DNA of 64,000 nucleotides. It comes from Eledone cirrhosa. Taxonomy: Eukaryota. Positions 31,001 to 46,060 of this stretch are shown in pieces. The first letter of the stretch is position 1, and each line of letters starts with the position of its first letter. The DNA is taken from contig OZ024755.1 in NCBI GenBank assembly GCA_964016885.1, positions 39,742,001-39,806,000 of the forward strand. Reading direction: 5' to 3'. The notes beneath the pieces are model-generated. The model saw nothing but the letters and a program-made list of their open reading frames with translations, did no database searches and was not told the origin of the DNA. The position numbers and the translations under genes are program-made.

Positions 31001-34000
31001 ATATATGTTAGTGTGTGATATATGTTAGTGTGTGATATAAGTTAGTGTGTGATATATGTTAGTGTGTGATATATGTTAGTGTGTGATATATGTTAGTGTG
31101 TGATATACGTTAGTGTGTGATATATGTTAATGTGTGATATATGTTAGTGTGTGATATATGTTAATGTGTGATATATGTTAGTGTGTGATATATGCTAGTG
31201 TGTGATATATGTTAGTGTGTGATATATGTTAGTGTGTGATATATGTTAGTGTGTGATATATTTTAGTGTGTGATATATGTTAGTGTGTGATATATGTTAA
31301 TGTGTGATATATGTTAGTGTGTGATATATGTTAGTGTGTGATATATGTTAGTGTGTGATATATGTTAATGTGTGATATATGTTAGTGTGTGATATATGTT
31401 AGTGTGTGATATATGTTAGTGTGTGATATATGTTAGTGTGTGATATATGTTAGGGTGTGATATATGTTAGTGTGTGATATATGTTAGTGTGTGATATATT
31501 TTGGTGTGTGATATATGTTAGTGTGTAATATATGTTAGTGTGTGATATATGTTAGTGTGTGATATATGTTAGTGTGTGATATATGTTAGTGTGTGATATA
31601 TGTTAGTGTGTAACATATGTTAGTGTGTGTATATGTTAGTGTGTAATATATGTTAGTGTGTAAATATATTTTGGTGTATGATATATGTTAGTGTGTGATA
31701 TATGTTAATGTGTGATATATGTTAGTGTGTGATATATGTTAGTGTATAATATATGTTACTGTGTGATATATGTTAGTGTGTGATATATGTTAGTGCGTGA
31801 TATATGGTAGTGTGTGATAATGTGTGATATATGTTAGTGTGTGATATATGATAGTGTGTGATATATGTTAGTGTGTGATATACGTTAGTGTGTGATATAT
31901 GTTAGTGTGTGATATATGTTAGTGTATGATATATGTTAGTGTGTGATATATGTTAGTGTGTGATATATTTTGGTGTGTGATATATGTTAGTGTGTAATAT
32001 ATGTTAGTGTGTGATATATGTTAATGTGTGATATATGTTAGTGTGTGATATATGTTAATGTGTGATATATGTTAGTGTGTGATATATGTTAGTGTGTGAT
32101 ATATGTTAGTGTGTGATATATGTTAGTGTGTGATATATGTTAGTGTGTAATATATCTTAGTGTGTGGTATATGTTAGTGTGTGATATAAGTTAGTGTGTG
32201 ATATATGTTAGTGTCTGATTTATTTTAGTGTGTGATATATGTTAATGTGTGATATATGTTAGTGTGTGATATATGTTAGTGTGTGATATATGTTAGTGTG
32301 TGATATATGTTAATGTGTGATATATGTTAGTGTGTGATATATGTTAGGGTGTGATATATGTTAATGTGTCGATATATGTTAGTGTGTGATATATGTTAAT
32401 GTGTGATATATGTTAGTGTGTGATATATGTTAGTGTCTGATATATGTTAGTGTGTGATATATGTTAGTGTGTAATATATGTTAGTGTGTGATATATGTTA
32501 GTGAGTGATATATGTTAATGTGTGATATATGGTAGTGTGTGATATATGTTAGTGTGTGATATATGTTAGTGTGTGATATATGTTAGTGTGTGATATATGT
32601 TAGTGTGTGATATATGTTAGTGTGCGATATATGTTAGTGTGTGATATATTATTAGTGTGTGATATATGTTAATGTGTGATATATGTTAGTGTGTGATATA
32701 TGTTAGTGTGTGATATATGTTAATGTGTGATATATGTTAGTGTGTGATATATGATAGTGTGTGATATATGTTAGTGTGTGATATATGTTAGTGTGTGATA
32801 TATGTTAGTGTGTGATATAATTTAGTGTGTGATATATGTTAGTGTGTGATATATGTTAGTGTGTGATATATGTTAGTGTGTGATATATTTTAGTGTGTGA
32901 TATATGTTAGTGTGTGATATATGTTAGTGTGTGATATATGTTAGTGTGTGATATATGTTAGTGTGTGATATATGTTAGTGTGTGATATATGTTAGTGTGT
33001 GATATATGTTAGTGTGTGATATATGTTAGTGTGTGATATATGTTAGTGTGTGATATAATTTAGTGTTATATATGTTAGTGTGTGATACATGTTAGTGTGC
33101 GATATATGTTAGTGTGTGATATATGTTAGTGTGTGATATATGTTAGTGTGTGATATACGTTAGTGTGTGATATATGTTAGTGTGTGATATATGTTAGTGT
33201 GTGATATAAGTTAGTGTGTAATATATGTTAGTGTATAATATGTGTTAGTGTGTGATATATGTTAGTGTGTGATATATGTTAGTGTGTGATATATGTTATT
33301 GTGTGATATATGTTAGTGTGTGATATATGTTAGTGTGTGATATATGTTAGTGTGTAATATATTTTAGTATGTGATATATGTTAGTGTGTGATATAAGTTA
33401 GTGTGTGATATATGTTAGTGTATGATATATGTTAGTGTGTGATATATGTTAGTGTGTGATATATGTTAGTGTGTGATATATGATAGTGTGTGATATATGT
33501 TAGTGTCTGATATATGTTAGTGTGTGATATATGTTAGTGTGTGATATAATTTAGTGTGTGATATATGTTAGTGTGTGGTATATGTTAGTGTGTGATATAT
33601 GTTAGTGTGTGATATATTTTAGTGTGTGTTATATGTTAGTGTGTGATATATGTTAGTGTGTGATATATGTTAGTGTGTGATATATGTTAGTGTGTGGTAT
33701 ATGTTAGTGTGTGATATATGTTAGTGTGTGATATAATTTAGTGTTATATATGTTAGTGTGTGATACATGTTAGTGTGCGATATATGTTAGTGTGTGATAT
33801 ATGTTAGTGTGTGATATATGTTAGTGTGTGATATACGTTAGTGTGTGATATATGTTAGGGTGTGATATATGTTAGTGTGTGATATAAGTTAGTGTGTAAT
33901 ATATGTTAGTGTATAATATGTGTTAGTGTGTGATATATGTTAGTGTGTTATATATGTTAGTGTGTGATATATGTTATTGTGTGATATATGTTAGTGTGTG

Positions 34001-37000
34001 ATATATGTTAGTGTGTGATATATGTTAGTGTGTAATATATTTTAGTATGTGATATATGTTAGTGTGTGATATAAGTTAGTGTGTGATATATGTTAGTGTA
34101 TGATATATGTTAGTGTGTGATATATGTTAGTGTGTGATATAAGTTAGTGTGTGATATATGTTAGTGTGTGATATATGTTAGTGTGTGATATATGTTAGTG
34201 TGTGATATACGTTAGTGTGTGATATATGTTAGTGTGTGATATATGTTAGTGTGTGATATATTTTTGGTGTGTGATATATGTTAGTGTGTAATATATGTTA
34301 GTGTGTGATATATGTTAGTGTGTGATATATGATAGTGTGTGATATATGTTAGTGTGTGATATATGTTAGTGTGTGATATATGTTAGTGTGTGATATATGT
34401 TAGTGTGTGATATATTTTGGTGTGTGATATATGTTAGTGTGTAATATATGTTAGTGTGTGATATATGTTAGTGTGTGATATATGATAGTGTGTGATATAT
34501 GTTAGTGTGTGATATATGTTAGTGTGTGATATATGTTAGTGTGTGATATATGTTAGTGTGAGATATATGTTAGTGTGTGATATATGTTAGTGTGTAACAT
34601 ATGTTAGTGTGTGTATATGTTAGTGTGTAATATATGTTAGTGTGTAAATATATTTTGTTGTATGATATATGTTAGTGTGTGATATATGTTAATGTGTGAT
34701 ATATGTTAGTGTGTGATATATGTTAGTGTATAATATATGTTACTGTGTGATATACGTTAGTGTGTGATATATTTTGGTGTGTGATATATGTTAGTGTGTA
34801 ATATATGTTAGTGTGTGATATATGTTAATATGTGATATATGTTAGTGTGTGATATATGTTAATGTGTGATATATGGTAGTGTGTGATATATGTTAGTGTG
34901 TGATATATGTTAGTGTGTGATATATGTTAGTGTGTGATATATGTTAGTGTGTGATATATGTTAGTTTGCGATATATGTTAGTGTGTGATATATGTTAGTG
35001 TGTGATATATGTTAATGTGTGATATATGTTAGTGTGTGATATATGTTAGTGTGTGATATATGTTAATGTGTGATATATGTTAGTGTGTGATATATGTTAG
35101 TGTATGATATATGTTAGTGTGTGATATATGTTAGTGTGTGATATATTTTGGTGTGTGATATATGTTAGTGTGTAATATATGTTAGTGTGTGATATATGTT
35201 AATATGTGATATATGTTAGTGTGTGATATATGTTAATGTGTGATATATGTTAGTGTGTGATATATGTTAGTGTGTGATATATGTTAGTGTGTGATATATG
35301 TTAGTGTGTGATATATGTTAATGTGTGATATATGTTATTGTGTGATATATGTTAGAGTGTGATATATGTTAATGTGTGATATATGTTAGTGTCTGATATA
35401 TATTAGTGTGTGATATACGTTAATGTGTGATATATGTTAGTGTGTGATATATGTTAGTGTGTGATATATGTTAGTGTGCGATATATGTTAGTGTGTGATA
35501 TATGTTAGTGTGTGATATATGTTAGTGTGTAATATATCTTAGTGTGTGGTATATGTTAGTGTGTGATATAAGTTAGTGTGTGATATATGTTAGTGTCTGA
35601 TTTATTTTAGTGTGTGATATATGTTAGTGTGTGATATATGTTAATGTGTGATATATGTTAGTGTGTGATATATGTTAGTGTGTGATATATGTTAGTGTGT
35701 GATATATGTTAATGTGTGATATATGTTATTGTGTGATATATGTTAGAGTGTGATATATGTTAATGTGTGATATATGTTAGTGTGTGATATATGTTAATGT
35801 GTGATATATGTTAGTGTGTGATATATGTTAGTGTGTTATATATGTTAGTGTGTGATATATGTTAGTGTGTAATATATGTTAGTGTGTGATATATGTTAGT
35901 GAGTGATATATGTTAATGTGTGATATATGGTAGTGTGTGATATATGTTAGTGTGTGATATATGTTAGTGTGTGATATATGTTAGTGTGTGATATATGTTA
36001 GTGTGTGATATATGTTAGTTTGCGATATATGTTAGTGTGTGATATATGTTAGTGTGTGATATATGTTAATGTGTGATATATGTTAGTGTGTGATATATGT
36101 TAGTGTGTGATATATGTTAATGTGTGATATATGTTAGTGTGTGATATCTGATAGTGTGTGATATATGTTAGTGTGTGATATATGTTAGTGTGTGATATAT
36201 GTTAGTGTGTGATATATGTTAGTGTGTGATATATGTTAGTGTGTGATATAATTTAGTGTTATATATGTTAGTGTGTGATACATGTTAGTGTGCGATATAT
36301 GTTAGTGTGTGATATATGTTAGTGTGTGATATATGTTAGTGTGTGATATACGTTAGTGTGTGATATATGTTAGGGTGTGATATATGTTAGTGTGTGATAT
36401 AAGTTAGTGTGTAATATATGTTAGTGTATAATATGTGTTAGTGTGTGATATATGTTAGTGTGTTATATATGTTAGTGTGTGATATATGTTATTGTGTGAT
36501 ATATGTTAGTGTATGATATATGTTAGTGTGTGATATATGTTAGTGTGTAATATATTTTAGTATGTGATATATGTTAGTGTGTGATATAAGTTAGTGTGTG
36601 ATATATGTTAGTGTATGATATATGTTAGTGTGTGATATATGTTAGTGTGTGATATAAGTTAGTGTGTGATATATGTTAGTGTGTGATATATGTTAGTGTG
36701 TGATATATGTTAGTGTGTGATATACGTTAGTGTGTGATATATGTTAGTGTGTGATATATGTTAGTGTGTGATATATTTTGGTGTGTGATATATGTTAGTG
36801 TGTAATATATGTTAGTGTGTGATATATGTTAGTGTGTGATATATGATAGTGTGTGATATATGTTAGTGTGTGATATATGTTAGTGTGTGATATATGTTAG
36901 TGTGTGATATATGTTAGTGTGTGATATATTTTGGTGTGTGATATATGTTAGTGTGTAATATATGTTAGTGTGTGATATATGTTAGTGTGTGATATATGTT

Positions 37001-40000
37001 AGTGTGAGATATATGTTAGTGTGTGATATATGTTAGTGTGTAACATATGTTAGTGTGTGTATATGTTAGTGTGTAATATATGTTAGTGTGTAAATATATT
37101 TTGGTGTATGATATATGTTAGTGTGTGATATATGTTAATGTGTGATATATGTTAGTGTGTGATATATGTTAGTGTATAATATATGTTACTGTGTGATATA
37201 CGTTAGTGTGTGATATATTTTGGTGTGTGATATATGTTAGTGTGTAATATATGTTAGTGTGTGATATATGTTAATATGTGATATATGTTAGTGTGTGATA
37301 TATGTTAATGTGTGATATATGGTAGTGTGTGATATATCTTAGTGTGTGATATATGTTAGTGTGTGATATATGTTAGTGTGTGATATATGTTAGTGTGTGA
37401 TATATGTTAGTTTGCGATATATGTTAGTGTGTGATATATGTTAGTGTGTGATATATGTTAATGTGTGATATATGTTAGTGTGTGATATATGTTAGTGTGT
37501 GATATATGTTAATGTGTGATATATGTTAGTGTGTGATATATGTTAGTGTATGATATATGTTAGTGTGTGATATATGTTAGTGTGTGATATATTTTGGTGT
37601 GTGATATACGTTAGTGTGTAATATACGTTAGTGTGTGATATATGTTAATATGTGATATATGTTAGTGTGTGATATATGTTAATGTGTGATATATGTTAGT
37701 GTGTGATATATGTTAGTGTGTGATATATGTTAGTGTCTGATATATGTTAGTGTGTGATATACGTTAATGTGTGATATATGTTAGTGTGTGATATATGTTA
37801 GTGTGTGATATATGTTAGTGTGCGATATATGTTAGTGTGTGATATATGTTAGTGTGTGATATATGTTAGTGTGTAATATATCTTAGTGTGTGGTATATGT
37901 TAGTGTGTGATATAAGTTAGTGTGTGATATATGTTAGTGTCTGATTTATTTTAGTGTGTGATATATGTTAGTGTGTGATATATGTTAATGTGTGATATAT
38001 GTTAGTGTGTGATATATGTTAGTGTGTGATATATGTTAGTGTGTGATATATGTTAATGTGTGATATATGTTATTGTGTGATATATGTTAGTGTGTGATAT
38101 ATGTTAGTGTGTGATATATGTTAGTGTGTGATATAATTTAGTGTGTGATATATGTTAGTGTGTGATATATGTTAGTGTGTGATATATGTTAGTGTGTGAT
38201 ATATTTTAGTGTGTGATATATGTTAGTGTGTGATATATGTTAATGTGTGATATATGTTAGTGTGTGATATATGTTAGTGTATAATATATGTTACTGTGTC
38301 ATATACGTTAGTGTGTGATATATTTTGGTGTGTGATATATGTTAGTGTGTAATATATGTTAGTGTGTGATATATGTTAATATGTGATATATGTTAGTGTG
38401 TGATATATGTTAATGTGTGATATATGGTAGTGTGTGATATATCTTAGTGTGTGATATATGTTAGTGTGTGATATATGTTAGTGTGTGATATATGTTAGTG
38501 TGTGATATATGTTAGTTTGCGATATATGTTAGTGTGTGATATATGTTAGTGTGTGATATATGTTAATGTGTGATATATGTTAGTGTGTGATATATGTTAG
38601 TGTGTGATATATGTTAATGTGTGATATATGTTAGTGTGTGATATATGTTAGTGTATGATATATGTTAGTGTGTGATATATGTTAGTGTGTGATATATTTT
38701 GGTGTGTGATATACGTTAGTGTGTAATATACGTTAGTGTGTGATATATGTTAATATGTGATATATGTTAGTGTGTGATATATGTTAATGTGTGATATATG
38801 TTAGTGTGTGATATATGTTAGTGTGTGATATATGTTAGTGTCTGATATATGTTAGTGTGTGATATACGTTAATGTGTGATATATGTTAGTGTGTGATATA
38901 TGTTAGTGTGTGATATATGTTAGTGTGCGATATATGTTAGTGTGTGATATATGTTAGTGTGTGATATATGTTAGTGTGTAATATATCTTAGTGTGTGGTA
39001 TATGTTAGTGTGTGATATAAGTTAGTGTGTGATATATGTTAGTGTCTGATTTATTTTAGTGTGTGATATATGTTAGTGTGTGATATATGTTAATGTGTGA
39101 TATATGTTAGTGTGTGATATATGTTAGTGTGTGATATATGTTAGTGTGTGATATATGTTAATGTGTGATATATGTTATTGTGTGATATATGTTAGAGTGT
39201 GATATATGTTAATGTGTGATATATGTTAGTGTGTGATATATGTTAATGTGTGATATATGTTAGTGTGTGATATATGTTAGTTTGTGATATATGTTAGTGT
39301 GTGATATATGTTAGTGTGTAATATATGTTAGTGTGTGATATATGTTAGTGAGTGATATATGTTAATGTGTGATATATGGTAGTGTGTGATATATGTTAGT
39401 GTGTGATATATGTTAGTGTGTGATATATGTTAGTGTGTGATATATGTTAGTGTGTGATATATGTTAGTTTGCGATATATGTTAGTGTGTGATATATGTTA
39501 GTGTGTGATATATGTTAATGTGTGATATATGTTAGTGTGTGATATATGTTAGTGTGTGATATATGTTAATGTGTGATATATGTTAGTGTGTGATATCTGA
39601 TAGTGTGTGATATATGTTAGTGTGTGATATATGTTAGTGTGTGATATATGTTAGTGTGTGATATAATTTAGTGTGTGATATATGTTAGTGTGTGATATAT
39701 GTTAGTGTGTGATATATGTTAGTGTGTGATATATTTTAGTGTGTGATATATGTTAGTGTGTGATATATGTTAGTGTGTGATATATGTTAGTGTGTGATAT
39801 ATGTTAATGTGTGATATATGTTAGTGTGTGATATATGTTAGTGTGTGATATATGTTAGTGTGTGATATATGTTAGTGTGTGATATAATTTAGTGTTATAT
39901 ATGTTAGTGTGTGATACATGTTAGTGTGCGATATATGTTAGTGTGTGATATATGTTAGTGTGTGATATATGTTAGTGTGTGATATATGTTAGTGTATGAT

Positions 40001-40839
40001 ATATGTTAGTGTGTGATATATGTTAGTGTGTGATATATGTTAGTGTGTGATATATGTTAGTGTGTGATATATGTTAGTGTGTGATATATGTTAATGTGTG
40101 ATATATGTTAGTGTGTGATATCTGATAGTGTGTGATATATGTTAGTGTGTGATATATGTTAGTGTGTGATATATGTTAGTGTGTGATATAATTTAGTGTG
40201 TGATATATGTTAGTGTGTGATATATGTTAGTGTGTGATATATGTTAATGTGTGATATATGTTAGTGTGTGATATATGTTAGTGTGTGATATATGTTAATG
40301 CGTGATATATGTTAGTGTGTGATATCTGATAGTGTGTGATATATGTTAGTGTGTGATATATGTTAGTGTGTGATATATGTTAGTGTGTGATATAATTTAG
40401 TGTGTGATATATGTTAGTGTGTGATATATGTTAGTGTGTGATATATGTTAGTGTGTGATATATTTTAGTGTGTGATATATGTTAGTGTGTGATATATGTT
40501 AGTGTGTGATATATGTTAGTGTGTGATATATGTTAATGTGTGATATATGTTAGTGTGTGATATATGTTAGTGTGTGATATATGTTAGTGTGTGATATATG
40601 TTAGTGTGTGATATAATTTAGTGTTATATATGTTAGTGTGTGATACATGTTAGTGTGCGATATATGTTAGTGTGTGATATATGTTAGTGTGTGATATATG
40701 TTAGTGTGTGATATATGTTAGTGTATGATATATGTTAGTGTGTGATATATGTTAGTGTGTGATATATGTTAGTGTGTGATATATGTTAGTGTGTGATATA
40801 TGTTAGTGTGTGATATATGTTAATGTGTGATATATGTTA

Positions 40840-43800
40840 GTGTGTGATATCTGATAGTGTGTGATATATGTTAGTGTGTGATATATGTTAGTGTGTGATA
40901 TATGTTAGTGTGTGATATAATTTAGTGTGTGATATATGTTAGTGTGTGATATATGTTAGTGTGTGATATAAGTTAGTGTGTGATATATGTTAGTGTATGA
41001 TATATGTTAGTGTGTGATATATGTTAGTGTGTGATATATGTTAGTGTGTGATATATGTTAGTGTGTGATATATGTTAGTGTGTGATATATGATAGTGTGT
41101 GATATATGTTAGTGTGTGATATATGTTAGTGTGTGATATATGTTAGTGTGTGATATATGTTAGTGTGTGATATATGTTAGTGTGTAATATATGTTAGTGT
41201 GTGATATATGTTAGTGCGTGATATATGGTAGTGTGTGATAATGTATTATATATGTTAGTGTGTGATATATGTTAATGTGTGATATATGTTAGTGTGTGAT
41301 ATATGATAGTGTGTGATATATGTTAGTGTGTGATATATGTTAGTGTGTGATATATGTTAGTGTGTGATCTAATTTAGTGTGTCATATATGTTAGTGTGTG
41401 ATATATGTTAGTGTGTGATATATTTTAGTGTGTGATATATTTTAGTGTGTGATATATGTTAGTGTGTGATATATGTTAGTGTGTGATATATTTTAGTGTG
41501 TGATATATGTTAGTGTGTGATATATATTAGTGTGTGATATATGTTAGTGTGTGATATATGTTAGTGTGTGATATATGTTAGTGTGTGATATATGTTAGTG
41601 TGTGATATATGTTAGTGTGTGATATATGTTAGTGTGTGATATATGTTAATGTGTGATATATGTTAGTGTGTGATATATGTTAATGTGTGATATATGTTAG
41701 TGTGTGATATATGTTAGTGTGTGATATATGTTAGTGTGTGATATATGTTAGTGTGTGATATATGTTAATGTGTGATATATGTTAGTGTGTGATATATGTT
41801 AGTGTGTGATATATGTTAGTGTGTGATATATGTTAGTGTGTGATATATGTTAGTGTGTGATATATGTTAGTGTGTAATATATCTTAGTGTGTGATATATG
41901 TTAGTGTGTGATATATCTTAGTGTGTAATATATCTTAGTGTGTGGTATATGTTAGTGTGTGATATAAGTTAGTGTGTGATATATGTTAGTGTGTGATTTA
42001 TTTTAGTGTGTGATATATGTTAGTGTCTGATATATGTTAATGTGTGATATATGTTAGTGTGTGATATATGTTAGTGTGTGATATATGTTAGTGTGTGATA
42101 TATGTTAATGTGTGATATATGTTAGTGTGTGATATATGTTAGTGTGTGATATATGTTAATGTGTGATATATGTTAGTGTGTGATATATGTTAATGTGTGA
42201 TATATGTTAGTGTGTGATATATGTTAGTGTGTGATATATGTTAGTGTGTGATATATGTTAGTGTGTGATATATGTTAATGTGTGATATATGTTAGTGGGT
42301 GATATATGATAGTGTGTGATATATGTTAGTGTGTGATATATGTTAGTGTGTGATATATGTTAGTGTGTGATATAATTTAGTGTGTGATATATGTTAGTGT
42401 GTGGTATATGTTAGTGTGTGATATATGTTAGTGTGTGATATATTTTAGTGTGTGATATATGTTAGTGTGTGATATATGTTAGTGTGTGATATATGTTAGT
42501 GTGTGATATATGTTAGTGTGTGATATATGTTAGTGTGTGATATATGTTAGTGTGTGATATAATTTAGTGTGTGATATATGTTAGTGTGTGATATATGTTA
42601 GTGTGTGATATATGTTAGTGTGTGATATAATTTAGTGTGTGATATATGTTAGTGTGTGGTATATGTTAGTGTGTGATATATGTTAGTGTGTGATATATTT
42701 TAGTGTGTGATATATGTTAGTGTGTGATATATGTTAGTGTGTGATATAATTTAGTGTGTGATATATGTTAGTGTGTGGTATATGTTAGTGTGTGATATAA
42801 GTTAGTGTGTAATATATGTTAGTGTATAATATGTGTTAGTGTGTGATATATGTTAGTATGTGATATATGTTAGTGTGTGATATAAGTTAGTGTGTGATAT
42901 ATGTTATTGTATGATATATGTTAGTGTATGATATATGTTAGTGTGTGATATAAGTTAGTGTGTGATATATGTTAGTGTGTGATATATGTTAGTGTGTGAT
43001 ATATGTTAGTGTGTGATATACGTTAGTGTGTGATATATGTTAATGTGTGATATATGTTAGTGTGTGATATATGTTAATGTGTGATATATGTTAGTGTGTG
43101 ATATATGCTAGTGTGTGATATATGTTAGTGTGTGATATATGTTAGTGTGTGATATATGTTAGTGTGTGATATATTTTAGTGTGTGATATATGTTAGTGTG
43201 TGATATATGTTAATGTGTGATATATGTTAGTGTGTGATATATGTTAGTGTGTGATATATGTTAGTGTGTGATATATGTTAATGTGTGATATATGTTAGTG
43301 TGTGATATATGTTAGTGTGTGATATATGTTAGTGTGTGATATATGTTAGTGTGTGATATATGTTAGGGTGTGATATATGTTAGTGTGTGATATATGTTAG
43401 TGTGTGATATATTTTGGTGTGTGATATATGTTAGTGTGTAATATATGTTAGTGTGTGATATCTGATAGTGTGTGATATATGTTAGTGTGTGATATATGTT
43501 AGTGTGTGATATATGTTAGTGTGTGATATAATTTAGTGTGTGATATATGTTAGTGTGTGATATATGTTAGTGTGTGATATAAGTTAGTGTGTGATATATG
43601 TTAGTGTATGATATATGTTAGTGTGTGATATATGTTAGTGTGTGATATATGTTAGTGTGTGATATATGTTAGTGTGTGATATATGTTAGTGTGTGATATA
43701 TGATAGTGTGTGATATATGTTAGTGTGTGATATATGTTAGTGTGTGATATATGTTAGTGTGTGATATATGTTAGTGTGTGATATATGTTAGTGTGTAATA

Positions 43801-46060
43801 TATGTTAGTGTGTGATATATGTTAGTGCGTGATATATGGTAGTGTGTGATAATGTATGATATATGTTAGTGTGTGATATATGTTAATGTGTGATATATGT
43901 TAGTGTGTGATATATGATAGTGTGTGATATATGTTAGTGTGTGATATATGTTAGTGTGTGATATATGTTAGTGTGTGATCTAATTTAGTGTGTCATATAT
44001 GTTAGTGTGTGATATATGTTAGTGTGTGATATATTTTAGTGTGTGATATATTTTAGTGTGTGATATATGTTAGTGTGTGATATATGTTAGTGTGTGATAT
44101 ATTTTAGTGTGTGATATATGTTAGTGTGTGATATATATTAGTGTGTGATATATGTTAGTGTGTGATATATGTTAGTGTGTGATATATGTTAGTGTGTGAT
44201 ATATGTTAGTGTGTGATATATGTTAGTGTGTGATATATGTTAGTGTGTGATATATGTTAATGTGTGATATATGTTAGTGTGTGATATATGTTAATGTGTG
44301 ATATATGTTAGTGTGTGATATATGTTAGTGTGTGATATATGTTAGTGTGTGATATATGTTAGTGTGTGATATATGTTAATGTGTGATATATGTTAGTGTG
44401 TGATATATGTTAGTGTGTGATATATGTTAGTGTGTGATATATGTTAGTGTGTGATATATGTTAGTGTGTGATATATGTTAGTGTGTAATATATCTTAGTG
44501 TGTGATATATGTTAGTGTGTGATATATCTTAGTGTGTAATATATCTTAGTGTGTGGTATATGTTAGTGTGTGATATAAGTTAGTGTGTGATATATGTTAG
44601 TGTGTGATTTATTTTAGTGTGTGATATATGTTAGTGTCTGATATATGTTAATGTGTGATATATGTTAGTGTGTGATATATGTTAGTGTGTGATATATGTT
44701 AGTGTGTGATATATGTTAATGTGTGATATATGTTAGTGTGTGATATATGTTAGTGTGTGATATATGTTAATGTGTGATATATGTTAGTGTGTGATATATG
44801 TTAATGTGTGATATATGTTAGTGTGTGATATATGTTAGTGTGTGATATATGTTAGTGTGTGATATATGTTAGTGTGTGATATATGTTAATGTGTGATATA
44901 TGTTAGTGGGTGATATATGATAGTGTGTGATATATGTTAGTGTGTGATATATGTTAGTGTGTGATATATGTTAGTGTGTGATATAATTTAGTGTGTGATA
45001 TATGTTAGTGTGTGGTATATGTTAGTGTGTGATATATGTTAGTGTGTGATATATTTTAGTGTGTGATATATGTTAGTGTGTGATATATGTTAGTGTGTGA
45101 TATATGTTAGTGTGTGATATATGTTAGTGTGTGATATATGTTAGTGTGTGATATATGTTAGTGTGTGATATAATTTAGTGTGTGATATATGTTAGTGTGT
45201 GATATATGTTAGTGTGTGATATATGTTAGTGTGTGATATAATTTAGTGTGTGATATATGTTAGTGTGTGGTATATGTTAGTGTGTGATATATGTTAGTGT
45301 GTGATATATTTTAGTGTGTGATATATGTTAGTGTGTGATATATGTTAGTGTGTGATATAATTTAGTGTGTGATATATGTTAGTGTGTGGTATATGTTAGT
45401 GTGTGATATAAGTTAGTGTGTAATATATGTTAGTGTATAATATGTGTTAGTGTGTGATATATGTTAGTATGTGATATATGTTAGTGTGTGATATAAGTTA
45501 GTGTGTGATATATGTTATTGTATGATATATGTTAGTGTGTGATATATGTTAGTGTGTGATATAAGTTAGTGTGTGATATATGTTAGTGTGTGATATATGT
45601 TAGTGTGTGATATATGTTAGTGTGTGATATACGTTAGTGTGTGATATATGTTAATGTGTGATATATGTTAGTGTGTGATATATGTTAATGTGTGATATAT
45701 GTTAGTGTGTGATATATGCTAGTGTGTGATATATGTTAGTGTGTGATATATGTTAGTGTGTGATATATGTTAATGTGTGATATATTTTAGTGTGTGATAT
45801 ATGTTAGTGTGTGATATATGTTAATGTGTGATATATGTTAGTGTGTGATATATGTTAGTGTGTGATATATGTTAGTGTGTGATATATGTTAACGTGTGAT
45901 ATATGTTAGTGTGTGATATATGTTAGTGTGTGATATATGTTAGTGTGTGATATATGTTAGTGTGTGATATATGTTAGGGTGTGATATATGTTAGTGTGTG
46001 ATATATGTTAGTGTGTGATATATTTTGGTGTGTGATATATGTTAGTGTGTAATATATGTT
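40840..46060 (+). repeat. Tandem duplication with a 2,611-bp period within the 17-bp array
   Basis: GATCTAATTT at 41366/43977 and the GGG of GTGGGT at 42297/44908. 2611 = 154x17 - 7, consistent with one 10-bp truncated monomer per copy. Confidence 0.85.
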
